Assembly: GCA_965204355.1 (NCBI GenBank)
Contig: OZ241983.1
Location: forward strand, 5,061,088 to 5,125,087
DNA from: Candidatus Poribacteria bacterium
Lineage (GTDB): Bacteria; Poribacteria; WGA-4E; PCPOR2b
Direction: 5' to 3'
DNA length: 64,000 nt
The first letter of the stretch is position 1, and every line of letters begins with the position of its first letter. This document shows positions 37,091 through 45,869 of the stretch, piece after piece. The translations under genes and the position numbers were made by a program. The notes beneath the pieces were generated by a model. That model had not been told where the DNA came from and searched no databases. It saw only the letters and a program-made list of their open reading frames with translations.

Positions 37091-40006
37091 ATGTACCGAA
37101 GATCGACTTTATTTCAACTCTCCATTTACGCCTTAATTTTCAGCTTGATTGCGTCCACCGGTTGGGCTGGTTATAAACGTATCAACGAACCCAACCCAGA
37201 TGACCCAATGGCGGTTGAAATTTATAAGTTGGACAACGGCTTAACTGTCTACCTCACTGAAAACCGTGAAGAACCACGATTCTACGCGGAAATCTCAGTC
37301 CGCGCCGGTAGCAAACATGATCCCTCAGACGCGACCGGTATCGCGCACTATCTGGAACATATGCTCTTTAAGGGTACCCAGAATTTCGGCACCCTCAACT
37401 ACGAAGCAGAGAAGCCGCATCTGGATAAAATCACGGATCTCTATGAACAGCATTTCCACGAAACCGATCCAGAAAAACGGAAGGAGATCTACGCTGCTAT
37501 CAATGAAACCGCGCAACTCGCCACCCAATACGGCATCCCCAATGAACTTGACAAACTGTACAAAGCGATGGGCGGACGTGGGGTGAATGCGCATACGTGG
37601 GTAGAGGAGACCGTTTATAAGGTAGATCTTCCCGCTAACCGTCTGAAGCAGTGGGCGGTTATTGAATCCGACCGCTTCATTGATCCGGTATTTCGCCTCT
37701 TCCAAACCGAGTTGGAAACCGTATATGAAGAAAAGAACCGGTCGATGGACAGCAAAAGTCGTATCATCAGTGAAGCTGTCAGAGATCTGCTCTATAAGAA
37801 ACACCCGTATGGGCAACAGACGACACTCGGCTCGGTCGAACATCTGAAAAACCCATCTCTGAAGCAGATGTACCAGTTCTACCATACCTACTATGTGCCC
37901 AATAACATGGCAATCCACATCTCCGGTGACATCGATAGCGCGGAGACTATCGGTATTATCGACGAACACTTCTCCCGATGGCAACCGAAGGAACTCCCCG
38001 AAGCCAAGACGTGGACAGAGGAACCGCTTCAGGGCGCTGAGCGTATAACGGTCAAATATCAGGGTGAGGAGTATGTCCTGCTTGCGTTTCGGACAGCGGA
38101 TCGCAATCATTCTGATGCGGAAGCCTTGAAACTACTCGATATGACCTTAGATAATGCAACCGCCGGGCTGATCAACTTGAACCTTAATCAAGGCCAAAAA
38201 GTCCGCGAGGCGGGTTCCTATCCCTATCTGGACAACGATTATGGGGCGCAATATCTGTGGGGCATTCCTAAAGAGGGGCAATCCCTCGCAGAGGTTGAGG
38301 GGCTCCTCTTAGAACAGATTGAACTGATCAAAAAGGGTGAGTTTGAAGAATGGATCATTCCTGCGGTTGTGACCGACTTCAAGAAATCTCAGAAAGCGGA
38401 TTTAGAGTCAAATCGTGCGCGGGTCAGTATCATGCGTGATTCGTTCTTGGCACATCAGGATTGGGATACCACAGCGGGGGAGATCTCGCGCATGGAAAAG
38501 TTGACCCAAGGGGATATTGTCGCTGTGGCAAACCGATATTTTGGCGCTAACTATGTGGCGGGCTATCGTTTAGATGAACAGCATGAAGTCCCCTCGATTG
38601 AAAAGCCCGCTCTCGATACAATTGAGATCGATGCGACACGGCAATCCGATTTCGCCAAACGGGTCCTAGAGATGCCTGTGGAAGAGATTGAGCCGGTCTT
38701 TGTTGATGCCGCGAAAGACTACCAAATCGCCGCCTATCACGAAGACGTCAAACTCTATTACGCTCAAAACCCAATCAACGATCTCTTTGTCTTCACAATC
38801 TCTGTGGATGTCGGCAGCCGCCACAATAATAAGTTGGCTATCGCCGCGCAACTGCTCGATAAATCCGGCACGTCCAAATACAGCAGTGAGGATCTGAAGA
38901 AAGAGTGGTATAAACTTGGCACCGATTTCAGCCTCAACGTTGGCAACAATGAGACAACTATTGCCATTTCGGGGCTTGATGAAAACTTCGACGCCTCTTT
39001 GGCGTTAGCTATGGATTACCTAACGCAGCCCGCCGCTGATCCCACAACGCTGAAAGAACTAGTCAAGATCATCCTCGCCAATCGGGAGGATGCCAAGAAA
39101 AATTATCGCAGCATTCGGGGGGCGTTGGTCAACTACAATCGTCACGGAACGGATTCGCGCTATCTGCGTCTGTTACCTAGCGAAGCGGTTCAGAAGTTGA
39201 CAGTGGACGAACTTCACAAAGAGATTCAAGGACTCTTGAGCTACAAACACACTATCAGCTATACAGGCTCGATTCCGCTTGATGAAATGCGAGCTACCCT
39301 TAAAGCACATCATCCCATTTCAGACACTTTAGTTGAACCGCCACCCTACTATTTTCTCAGAACGCGTATTCCTGAAAAGACTGAAATACTGTTCTTCCAC
39401 AAGGAACTCGCACAATCGCAGGTGGACATCGAATTTGGCGGCGAAGATTACAACGAGGCGAACAATCCCGCCATCCAACTCTATAACGCCTACTTTGCGG
39501 GAGGGATGTCTGGCATTGTCTTCCAAGAACTACGCGAAGCCCGCGCACTCGCCTATTCCACATTTGCCAGATATGCGACGGGCAGCCGCAAGGGTGAGCA
39601 AAACCTGATGTGGGGATATATCGCTTGTCAAGCGGATAAAACGCCGGAAGCGGTGGAAGCCCTCATCGATCTCATTGATAACCTGCCGGAATCACCTGAG
39701 CGATTTGATCAGGCGCGTCAAGCGAGAGTTAATCGGTACCGTACGGCAAAGATCGGTTTTCGACAGGTCATTGGTGCCGTCCGTTCTTGGGAACGCTTGG
39801 AAGTCCCAATTGATCCGCGAAAGGCGCGCTATGAGTTGATCAGCGCATCGAATATGGACCTCATGCTCCAATTCCATAAAGCGCACGTTCAGGGGCATCC
39901 TAAGCTTATCTCCATCGTTGGAGATCGGAACAAGATGGACATGGAGAGGTTAGCGGCGGTGGGGCATGTGATAGAAATCGGCTTGGAAGACATCTTCGTC
40001 GATTAA
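37091..40006 (+). CDS. M16-family (pitrilysin/insulinase-like) zinc peptidase; secreted or membrane-anchored
   Basis: Inverted zinc motif HYLEHM (HxxEH) with a downstream E. Four M16 domains span about 970 aa, with an N-terminal hydrophobic segment. An AAGGAAGG ribosome-binding site lies upstream. Confidence 0.8.
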   Translation: MYRRSTLFQLSIYALIFSLIASTGWAGYKRINEPNPDDPMAVEIYKLDNGLTVYLTENREEPRFYAEISVRAGSKHDPSDATGIAHYLEHMLFKGTQNFGTLNYEAEKPHLDKITDLYEQHFHETDPEKRKEIYAAINETAQLATQYGIPNELDKLYKAMGGRGVNAHTWVEETVYKVDLPANRLKQWAVIESDRFIDPVFRLFQTELETVYEEKNRSMDSKSRIISEAVRDLLYKKHPYGQQTTLGSVEHLKNPSLKQMYQFYHTYYVPNNMAIHISGDIDSAETIGIIDEHFSRWQPKELPEAKTWTEEPLQGAERITVKYQGEEYVLLAFRTADRNHSDAEALKLLDMTLDNATAGLINLNLNQGQKVREAGSYPYLDNDYGAQYLWGIPKEGQSLAEVEGLLLEQIELIKKGEFEEWIIPAVVTDFKKSQKADLESNRARVSIMRDSFLAHQDWDTTAGEISRMEKLTQGDIVAVANRYFGANYVAGYRLDEQHEVPSIEKPALDTIEIDATRQSDFAKRVLEMPVEEIEPVFVDAAKDYQIAAYHEDVKLYYAQNPINDLFVFTISVDVGSRHNNKLAIAAQLLDKSGTSKYSSEDLKKEWYKLGTDFSLNVGNNETTIAISGLDENFDASLALAMDYLTQPAADPTTLKELVKIILANREDAKKNYRSIRGALVNYNRHGTDSRYLRLLPSEAVQKLTVDELHKEIQGLLSYKHTISYTGSIPLDEMRATLKAHHPISDTLVEPPPYYFLRTRIPEKTEILFFHKELAQSQVDIEFGGEDYNEANNPAIQLYNAYFAGGMSGIVFQELREARALAYSTFARYATGSRKGEQNLMWGYIACQADKTPEAVEALIDLIDNLPESPERFDQARQARVNRYRTAKIGFRQVIGAVRSWERLEVPIDPRKARYELISASNMDLMLQFHKAHVQGHPKLISIVGDRNKMDMERLAAVGHVIEIGLEDIFVD

Positions 40007-40034
40007 ACCCTATTCAAAGAAAGTGTGGATCAGC

Positions 40035-40100
40035 TCAGGGAAACCGAGTTTTTTGCCGACTTGTCGAGCATCCTCGCTACGCGGGACTTGAAAACTCGGT
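40035..40100 (+). terminator. probable Rho-independent terminator
   Basis: The hairpin arms gaaaccgagtttt ... aaaactcggtttc are followed by tttttat, directly downstream of the M16 peptidase stop. Confidence 0.4.
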
Positions 40101-40265
40101 TTCTTTTTATAGTAGATCTTAGAATTAATGAGACACTCCAAACCGCACCGCGTTGCCCCAGGCTCGGTAGGTGCGGTTTCTAACCGCACCGAATAGGCGC
40201 AGTTGGAAACAGCGCCTACCAAACATGGGGAGCGAAAGCGTCTATCTGTTTTTAGGATTTACTAC
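40100..40265. repeat. MITE-like element, family A, long form
   Basis: Contains tatagtagatcttagaattaatgagacactcc ... ggtaggtgcggtttctaaccgcaccg ... gagcgaaagcgtctatctgtttttagg. Confidence 0.55.
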
Positions 40266-40342
40266 AATTTATTAGTATGACCATCCGTGTCATCTGCTTA
40301 ATCCGCGATTCAGACAATAATTATGAGCACCCCTCAAATACT

Positions 40343-41587
40343 ATGAACATATACCTCGTCATTATATTGATTGCGTTGATTGGCGAATTCACGCTTCGCA
40401 GCATTGCACGCTATCTGAACCTGACAGCGCTCGATCCAAAACTCCCCGCAGAATTTGAGGGGTTCTACGATGGAGACAAATATCGCCAGTCTCAAGAGTA
40501 CACCAGAGCAGGTGCAAAATTTGCCTATGTTTCATCTACATTCGACCTGTGCCTAATTTTGGCTTTCATCTTGGTGGGTGGGTTCAACGCCGTGGATGTT
40601 TTTGTCCGTGGGTTCAATCTGCCGCCGATCCCGACCGGCTTGATTTTTTTTGCTATCCTCTATTTTGCGCGGACCATCATCTCCATCCCCTTTTCGCTCT
40701 ATAGTAATTTTGTTATTGAAGAAAAATTCGGATTCAATAAGATGACAGTCAGGACGTTTGTGTTGGATCAGATCAAAACTTACGCACTGGCAATCGTTTT
40801 AGGTGTTCCTCTGCTTGGCGGGGTGCTGTTCTTCTTCGAGCAGACTGGTAGCTATGCGTGGGTCTATGCGTGGGGATTGATATCCTTTTTCATTATAATT
40901 GCGCCACCCCTGTTTACCACCCTGATCGCACCGATGTTTAACAAGTTCACACCGTTAGCGGAGGGCGAACTTAAAGACGCTATTGAGCAATACACGGCGG
41001 AAGTGAAATTTCCGCTCACAGAGATCTCCGTCATGGACGGCTCTAAACGCTCTACACACTCTAACGCATATTTAAGCGGGTTCGGGGCAAAAAAGCGGAT
41101 CGCACTTTTTGATACCTTGATCGACAAGCATTCTGTTGGCGAACTCGTCTCAGTCATCGCGCATGAGGTGGGACACCATAAGAAAAAGCATGTCCTGAAA
41201 AACACAGTTTTATCGGTGCTTCATTCGGGGCTATTGCTTTTCCTGCTTTCACGCTTTGTTGAAAATAGGGCGCTCTTCGATGCGTTCCAGATGGAACAAA
41301 CGTCAATTTATGCAGGGATCGTTTTCTTCTCTCTCCTCTACGCTCCGATTGAATTGGTTCTCTCTATTGGGCTCAATTATATGTCTCGGAAGCATGAATA
41401 TGAGGCAGACGCCTTTGCCGCTGAAACCATCGCCTCTCCCGAACCACTCATTTCCGGTCTGAAAAATCTCTCTGTTTCCAACCTCGGCAATTTGACGCCC
41501 CACCCCTTGTCCGTCTTTCTCAACTATAGCCACCCACCGATGCTTCAGCGTATTGCAGCTTTGCGTCAATTCGGGAACACATTGTAA
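40343..41587 (+). CDS. M48-family zinc metalloprotease (Ste24/HtpX-like CAAX-protease type)
   Basis: Contains HEVGHHKKKH (HExxH) and a downstream E, with about 7 transmembrane segments. Confidence 0.8.
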   Translation: MNIYLVIILIALIGEFTLRSIARYLNLTALDPKLPAEFEGFYDGDKYRQSQEYTRAGAKFAYVSSTFDLCLILAFILVGGFNAVDVFVRGFNLPPIPTGLIFFAILYFARTIISIPFSLYSNFVIEEKFGFNKMTVRTFVLDQIKTYALAIVLGVPLLGGVLFFFEQTGSYAWVYAWGLISFFIIIAPPLFTTLIAPMFNKFTPLAEGELKDAIEQYTAEVKFPLTEISVMDGSKRSTHSNAYLSGFGAKKRIALFDTLIDKHSVGELVSVIAHEVGHHKKKHVLKNTVLSVLHSGLLLFLLSRFVENRALFDAFQMEQTSIYAGIVFFSLLYAPIELVLSIGLNYMSRKHEYEADAFAAETIASPEPLISGLKNLSVSNLGNLTPHPLSVFLNYSHPPMLQRIAALRQFGNTL

Positions 41588-41625
41588 TAAGCCTCCACAC
41601 CTGTGTGATATAGTCTACAGCCTCT

Positions 41626-43578
41626 ATGCCAACAGCAGATTCATCCCGTCCAAAAATGGAGCAGCGCCCGCTCGAAGGTGTCACCGCCAAATCCCTCCTC
41701 ATTGCCTCCCTTCTTATCCCGATTAACTGCTATTGGGTCATTGAGATGGAAGTCATTCGTTACTCCGGGCATCCGGTCACTATCTCTCTCTTCTTCAACG
41801 TCATTTTCAGCCTTTTTGTGGTTATCGGTATTAATCAGTTTCTCAAGTGGTTTTCGCCCCGTTCTGCGTTGAGTCAGGGAGAACTCATCATCATCTATCT
41901 GATGCTCTCCATTGCGTCTGGCATCACGGGGCATGACATGCTCGAAATCCTCGTTCCGATGTTGGGACACGCGTTCCGCTTTGCTACACCGGAGAACGAA
42001 TGGCGCGAGCTATTTCTGCCCTACCTGCCGGAGTGGTTGACCGTCGGCGATAGCAAAGTTGCCCGCGGGTATTACGAAGGTGACGTGAACCTCTACGCCC
42101 CTGAACAGCTAATCGGTTGGGCATCGCCTGTCCTCTGGTGGACAACGTTCATCTTTATACTTGTTTTTGGAATGTTCTGTATCAACGTCATTGTCCGCAA
42201 ACAGTGGATCGAGCATGAGAAACTCAGTTACCCGATTATTCAACTCCCACTCCAAATGACGGACACACAACGGCAAGCGTTTTTTCGGAATCGGGTGATG
42301 TGGCTCGGATTTGCCATCGCGGGAATGTTAGCACTGTTGAACGGCCTAAACTTCATCTTTCCTATTATCCCTGAACTTCGGACGCGGATTCGGAGTTTCC
42401 AGCTTTTCACAGAGAGTCCGTGGAACGCCATGGGACGAATTCCACTCTCGTTCTACCCATTTGCCATCGGACTCGGATTCTTCATTCCGCTCGACCTATC
42501 CTTTTCATGCTGGTTTTTCTTCTGGTTCTGGCGATTGATGCGTGTTGCCGGGGCCGCAATGGGGCTGCAAAGCCTGCCGAACTTCCCTTACATGAGAGAA
42601 CAGGCATCGGGAGGCTATATCGCATTGGCTGTCATTGCGCTCTGGGCAAGCCGAAGGCACTTGATCGAAGTTATCAGAAAGGCATTCGGGGGGGCGGAAG
42701 ATCTCGACGACAGGAATGAGCCAATGCAGTATCGTACAGCGGTTTTGGGGCTAATCGGCGTGATGGTGTTCCTTGTCTGTTTCTGCTATCGCGGTGGAGC
42801 AACGGTGCTCATCACGATTGGGTTCTTCGTCCTCTATTACGCTATCTCCATTGCCATTACCCGTATGCGGGCGGAGTTGGGTACACCTGTCCATGACCTA
42901 CACTATTCCGGTCCCGATGAAATCCTCACACGAACAATCGGTACGCGAAAGCTGGGACGCGGGAATCTGGTGATGTTTTCGATGTTCTGGTTCATCAATC
43001 GTGCCTACCGCAGCCACCCGATGCCGCATCAACTGGAGGGATTCAAGATGGCTGAGCGGACACGCATGAACTTGCAGCGACTCCTGTTTGCACTGATGCT
43101 CGCCGCACTGCTCGGTTCACTCTCAGGCTTTTGGGCGCTTATTGACCGTGGGTATCGGCTGGGGATGGAGACACGTGCCTTCTGGCCCTCATTGAGCGCG
43201 TTCGGCATAGAACCGTATCGACGCCTCGACCGTTGGCTAACTACACCGACAGACCCATTGATTGCCGAGAGCGGCTTTATGGTTGGCGGTTTTATCATCG
43301 CTAGCTTACTGATGTTTTTCCGTATGCGGTTTGTGTGGTGGCCCTTCCATCCCGCCGGTTTTGCTATCTCGACGAGTTGGGGGATGAACGTGACATGGAG
43401 TTGCCTCTTTGTGAGTTGGTTCATCAAGTGGCTATTGTTGCGACACGGTGGGATCGGGCTGCATCGTCGCGTTGCCCCTTTCTTCTTGGGGCTTATTCTC
43501 GGTGAATTCACCGTCGGCAGCCTCTGGACGCTCTTCGGCATCCTAGGACGGATGTCAACCTACGGATTTTGGGTGTGA
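41626..43578 (+). CDS. polytopic integral membrane protein of unknown function (about 14 transmembrane helices)
   Basis: A 650-aa hydrophobic protein with no recognisable catalytic motif. It lies 38 bp downstream of the M48 protease gene on the same strand. Confidence 0.5.
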   Translation: MPTADSSRPKMEQRPLEGVTAKSLLIASLLIPINCYWVIEMEVIRYSGHPVTISLFFNVIFSLFVVIGINQFLKWFSPRSALSQGELIIIYLMLSIASGITGHDMLEILVPMLGHAFRFATPENEWRELFLPYLPEWLTVGDSKVARGYYEGDVNLYAPEQLIGWASPVLWWTTFIFILVFGMFCINVIVRKQWIEHEKLSYPIIQLPLQMTDTQRQAFFRNRVMWLGFAIAGMLALLNGLNFIFPIIPELRTRIRSFQLFTESPWNAMGRIPLSFYPFAIGLGFFIPLDLSFSCWFFFWFWRLMRVAGAAMGLQSLPNFPYMREQASGGYIALAVIALWASRRHLIEVIRKAFGGAEDLDDRNEPMQYRTAVLGLIGVMVFLVCFCYRGGATVLITIGFFVLYYAISIAITRMRAELGTPVHDLHYSGPDEILTRTIGTRKLGRGNLVMFSMFWFINRAYRSHPMPHQLEGFKMAERTRMNLQRLLFALMLAALLGSLSGFWALIDRGYRLGMETRAFWPSLSAFGIEPYRRLDRWLTTPTDPLIAESGFMVGGFIIASLLMFFRMRFVWWPFHPAGFAISTSWGMNVTWSCLFVSWFIKWLLLRHGGIGLHRRVAPFFLGLILGEFTVGSLWTLFGILGRMSTYGFWV

Positions 43579-43581
43579 TAT

Positions 43582-43750
43582 GGTAAATTATAGAAATAAG
43601 TAGACGTTCACCAGTATCTTCCCTTAGCGACGCCTCAATGGTCCCCCTGACAAGTTTCCCCCCTGACAAGGGGGGCTAGGGGGGTTAGGGGATTTAGCGG
43701 GTTGGCCGTGCATCAAAGGTGTATAAGTAATTATAGCATTCACCAAAATT
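43582..43750. repeat. MITE-like element, family A variant (ggggg core)
   Basis: Contains tataga aataagtagacgttcaccag ... gtccccctgacaag ... ggggggctaggggggttaggggatttagcgggtt ... tataagtaattatagcattcaccaaaa. Confidence 0.5.
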
Positions 43751-43769
43751 ATATTAGAACAGATCCAAA

Positions 43770-44828
43770 TCAGCGACAATCCAGCCAATTTAGCGTCACA
43801 GATAACTCTTGTGCGAGTCCCTCCATATCCTCTGCTAATTTGAGGGGGATTGGAATTCCTTCTACCAGATACTCGGTGCGGCGGCGATAGCTGCCCTGGC
43901 CGGGCCACCGCGCCTCGCCTTGTTCTTCTGCCGGCGGTGCGGACTTTAGGTAGGATTTGAGCGACGCGGTCCTTTCGTTTAACCAATCCCCATGAGGTCG
44001 TATAGCGATAAAAAGTTTTGATGAGCCTCCCGATGTGTCCGTCGGTCGCCCCTCGGTTCCTAACTCATAGCAGAGCATTCCGCCCGCTAACCCCGCTGTC
44101 AGCAGCTCGATCATGAACGCGAGACCGGATCCCTTGTATTCACCCATCGGCAGAAAGCGTTGAGACTCGACGATTGCTGCCGGGTCCGTTGTTGGCTGTC
44201 CCGCTGTATCCAACCCCCATCCGACCGGAACACGCTGTCCCGTCTCGGCTGCTTCCCGGACCCGACCGATGGCAATCTGTGTCATGGCGATGTCTAACAC
44301 CACCGGTTCACTCCCATCCGCCGCAGGTATACCAATAGCCATCGGGTTGTTACCCAAGGACGGCGCAGAGGTTCCCCATGCAGGAAAGTTGATGATAGCG
44401 TTTGTGTACGCTAGACCGATCACACCGGCTCGCGCCGCCCGGGCAGCGTAGCTATATCCCCGTCCCCAGTGTGCCACTCCCCGGATGGTGGCTGCACCGA
44501 TTCCGTAAGTTTCTGCACGTTCTATTGCCATATCCATTCCCACGGCGGAGACGTAACGCCCGATGCCCCGGTCCGTTTCCGCGAGCACCGAAGCCGGCTG
44601 CTCCGAAAGGACTGTTACTGTTGGATTTGGGTTTGTCAATCCGGTTTGAATGTTCTCGACCATCACCGGCAGCAACCGAACGCCGTGTGAATGTACACCG
44701 CAGAGGTCAACCTCTGCGCCAATCTCTGCCTCCACCGCTGCTACATGTGCCGGCGCACCGACAGCCATCAGTGCCTCTTTGAAAAATTGAATGAGATCAC
44801 GATGCTCAATTCGCTTTGAATCTATCAT
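43770..44828 (-). CDS. Ldh_2-family (malate/L-lactate/ureidoglycolate dehydrogenase type) oxidoreductase
   Basis: Contains IQFFKEALMAVGAPAHVAAVEAEIGAEVDLCGVHSHGVRLLP, typical of the Ldh_2 family. The start is chosen at MIDSK, which has a GAGGT ribosome-binding site. Confidence 0.7.
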   Translation of the reverse strand: MIDSKRIEHRDLIQFFKEALMAVGAPAHVAAVEAEIGAEVDLCGVHSHGVRLLPVMVENIQTGLTNPNPTVTVLSEQPASVLAETDRGIGRYVSAVGMDMAIERAETYGIGAATIRGVAHWGRGYSYAARAARAGVIGLAYTNAIINFPAWGTSAPSLGNNPMAIGIPAADGSEPVVLDIAMTQIAIGRVREAAETGQRVPVGWGLDTAGQPTTDPAAIVESQRFLPMGEYKGSGLAFMIELLTAGLAGGMLCYELGTEGRPTDTSGGSSKLFIAIRPHGDWLNERTASLKSYLKSAPPAEEQGEARWPGQGSYRRRTEYLVEGIPIPLKLAEDMEGLAQELSVTLNWLDCR

Positions 44829-45120
44829 TATCGAATACCTCGGTTTCGGAAATAGCTCGTGTTCAGATGAGTAAGAGCTCATTTGACACCAACTCAATTT
44901 ATGCTATAATTACACAAGCTGCTAATTATTCGCCCGTCTGATACAATCGATACCTATACCCGTAGGTCGAGCCTCTCCGGTCGCATGGTCTCGACATGGA
45001 CAGATCCTCGTGGACTTGCCCGATGCGTAACCCCAGCGGGGCGGCATGTTTATAGAGCAGCGGCAGTCCAATTCCGCCAAGCCCCAGTGGGGCTTAGGCG
45101 ATGCAGAGAGGGAACCCGGC

Positions 45121-45858
45121 ATGCCATCCGTTGATGAACTTGATTTCAAACTTCGCATCTTCATGAAACTCTATCGCTATCGACGTTACGACACAACGCC
45201 GCATACCCCGCTGCAGCGACCACTAACGGAATGCCGAGTTGCCTTGGTCACCACCGCCGGTTTACATACAGCGTCTCAAGAATCGTTTGATGATCACTTC
45301 ATGAGCTGCGATTACTCCTATCGTGAAATCCCTAACACTGTTGATGTGCAAGCATTGACGACTGCACACAGTAGCACTGTATACGATCAGACCGGCAGCT
45401 TTGCGGATCGGAATCTGGCGTTTCCACTCGATCGCTTTCGTGAGCTAGAGCAGACGGGCAAAATCGGGGAGCTCAACGACCGGCATTTCAGCTTTATGGG
45501 ATCGCAACCCGCTCCGGGACGTTTAATCAAACGCACCGCCCCGGAAGTTGGGGAGCATCTCAAATCGGACAGCGTTGACGTCGCCTTTCTAACCCCCGTC
45601 TGACCGCTATGCAATCAGTCCGTTGGGCTGATCCAACGTGCAATCGAGGAAGCTGGCATCTCAACCGTTTCGATCACTTTGGTTCGAAGCATTACCGAGC
45701 AGGTCAAACCGCCCCGCGCACTCTCCGTGCCATATCGCTTCGGCTATCCACTTGGCGAGCCGAACAACCCTGCCCTGCAACATAAGATTATCTCAGCTGC
45801 GCTCTCGCTCTTACAGGATAGTCAACCGCTCCCGATTCTGGAGACATTTGTCCCTTAG
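45121..45858 (+). CDS. putative selenocysteine-containing protein, glycine/sarcosine/betaine/D-proline reductase B-like family; TGA at 45601-45603 is read as Sec
   Basis: The upstream ORF ends at TGA 45603. The same frame stays open for 84 more protein-like codons (PLCNQSVGLIQRAIEEAGISTV ... GYPLGEPNNPALQHKIISAALSLL) up to TAG 45856-45858. This creates a U-x-x-C motif (TPV-U-PLC). A hairpin lies 10-30 nt downstream of the TGA. Confidence 0.45.
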
Positions 45859-45869
45859 TTTTTGACTGT

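Noticed and set aside
45638-45865. Track ORF of 75 aa (MQSRKLASQPFRSLWFEALPSRSNRP...) downstream of the TGA.
   Set aside because: It is Arg/Ser-rich with low complexity, typical of an off-frame translation. The +1-shifted frame, contiguous with the upstream ORF, gives a far more protein-like sequence and is preferred as the selenoprotein readthrough.
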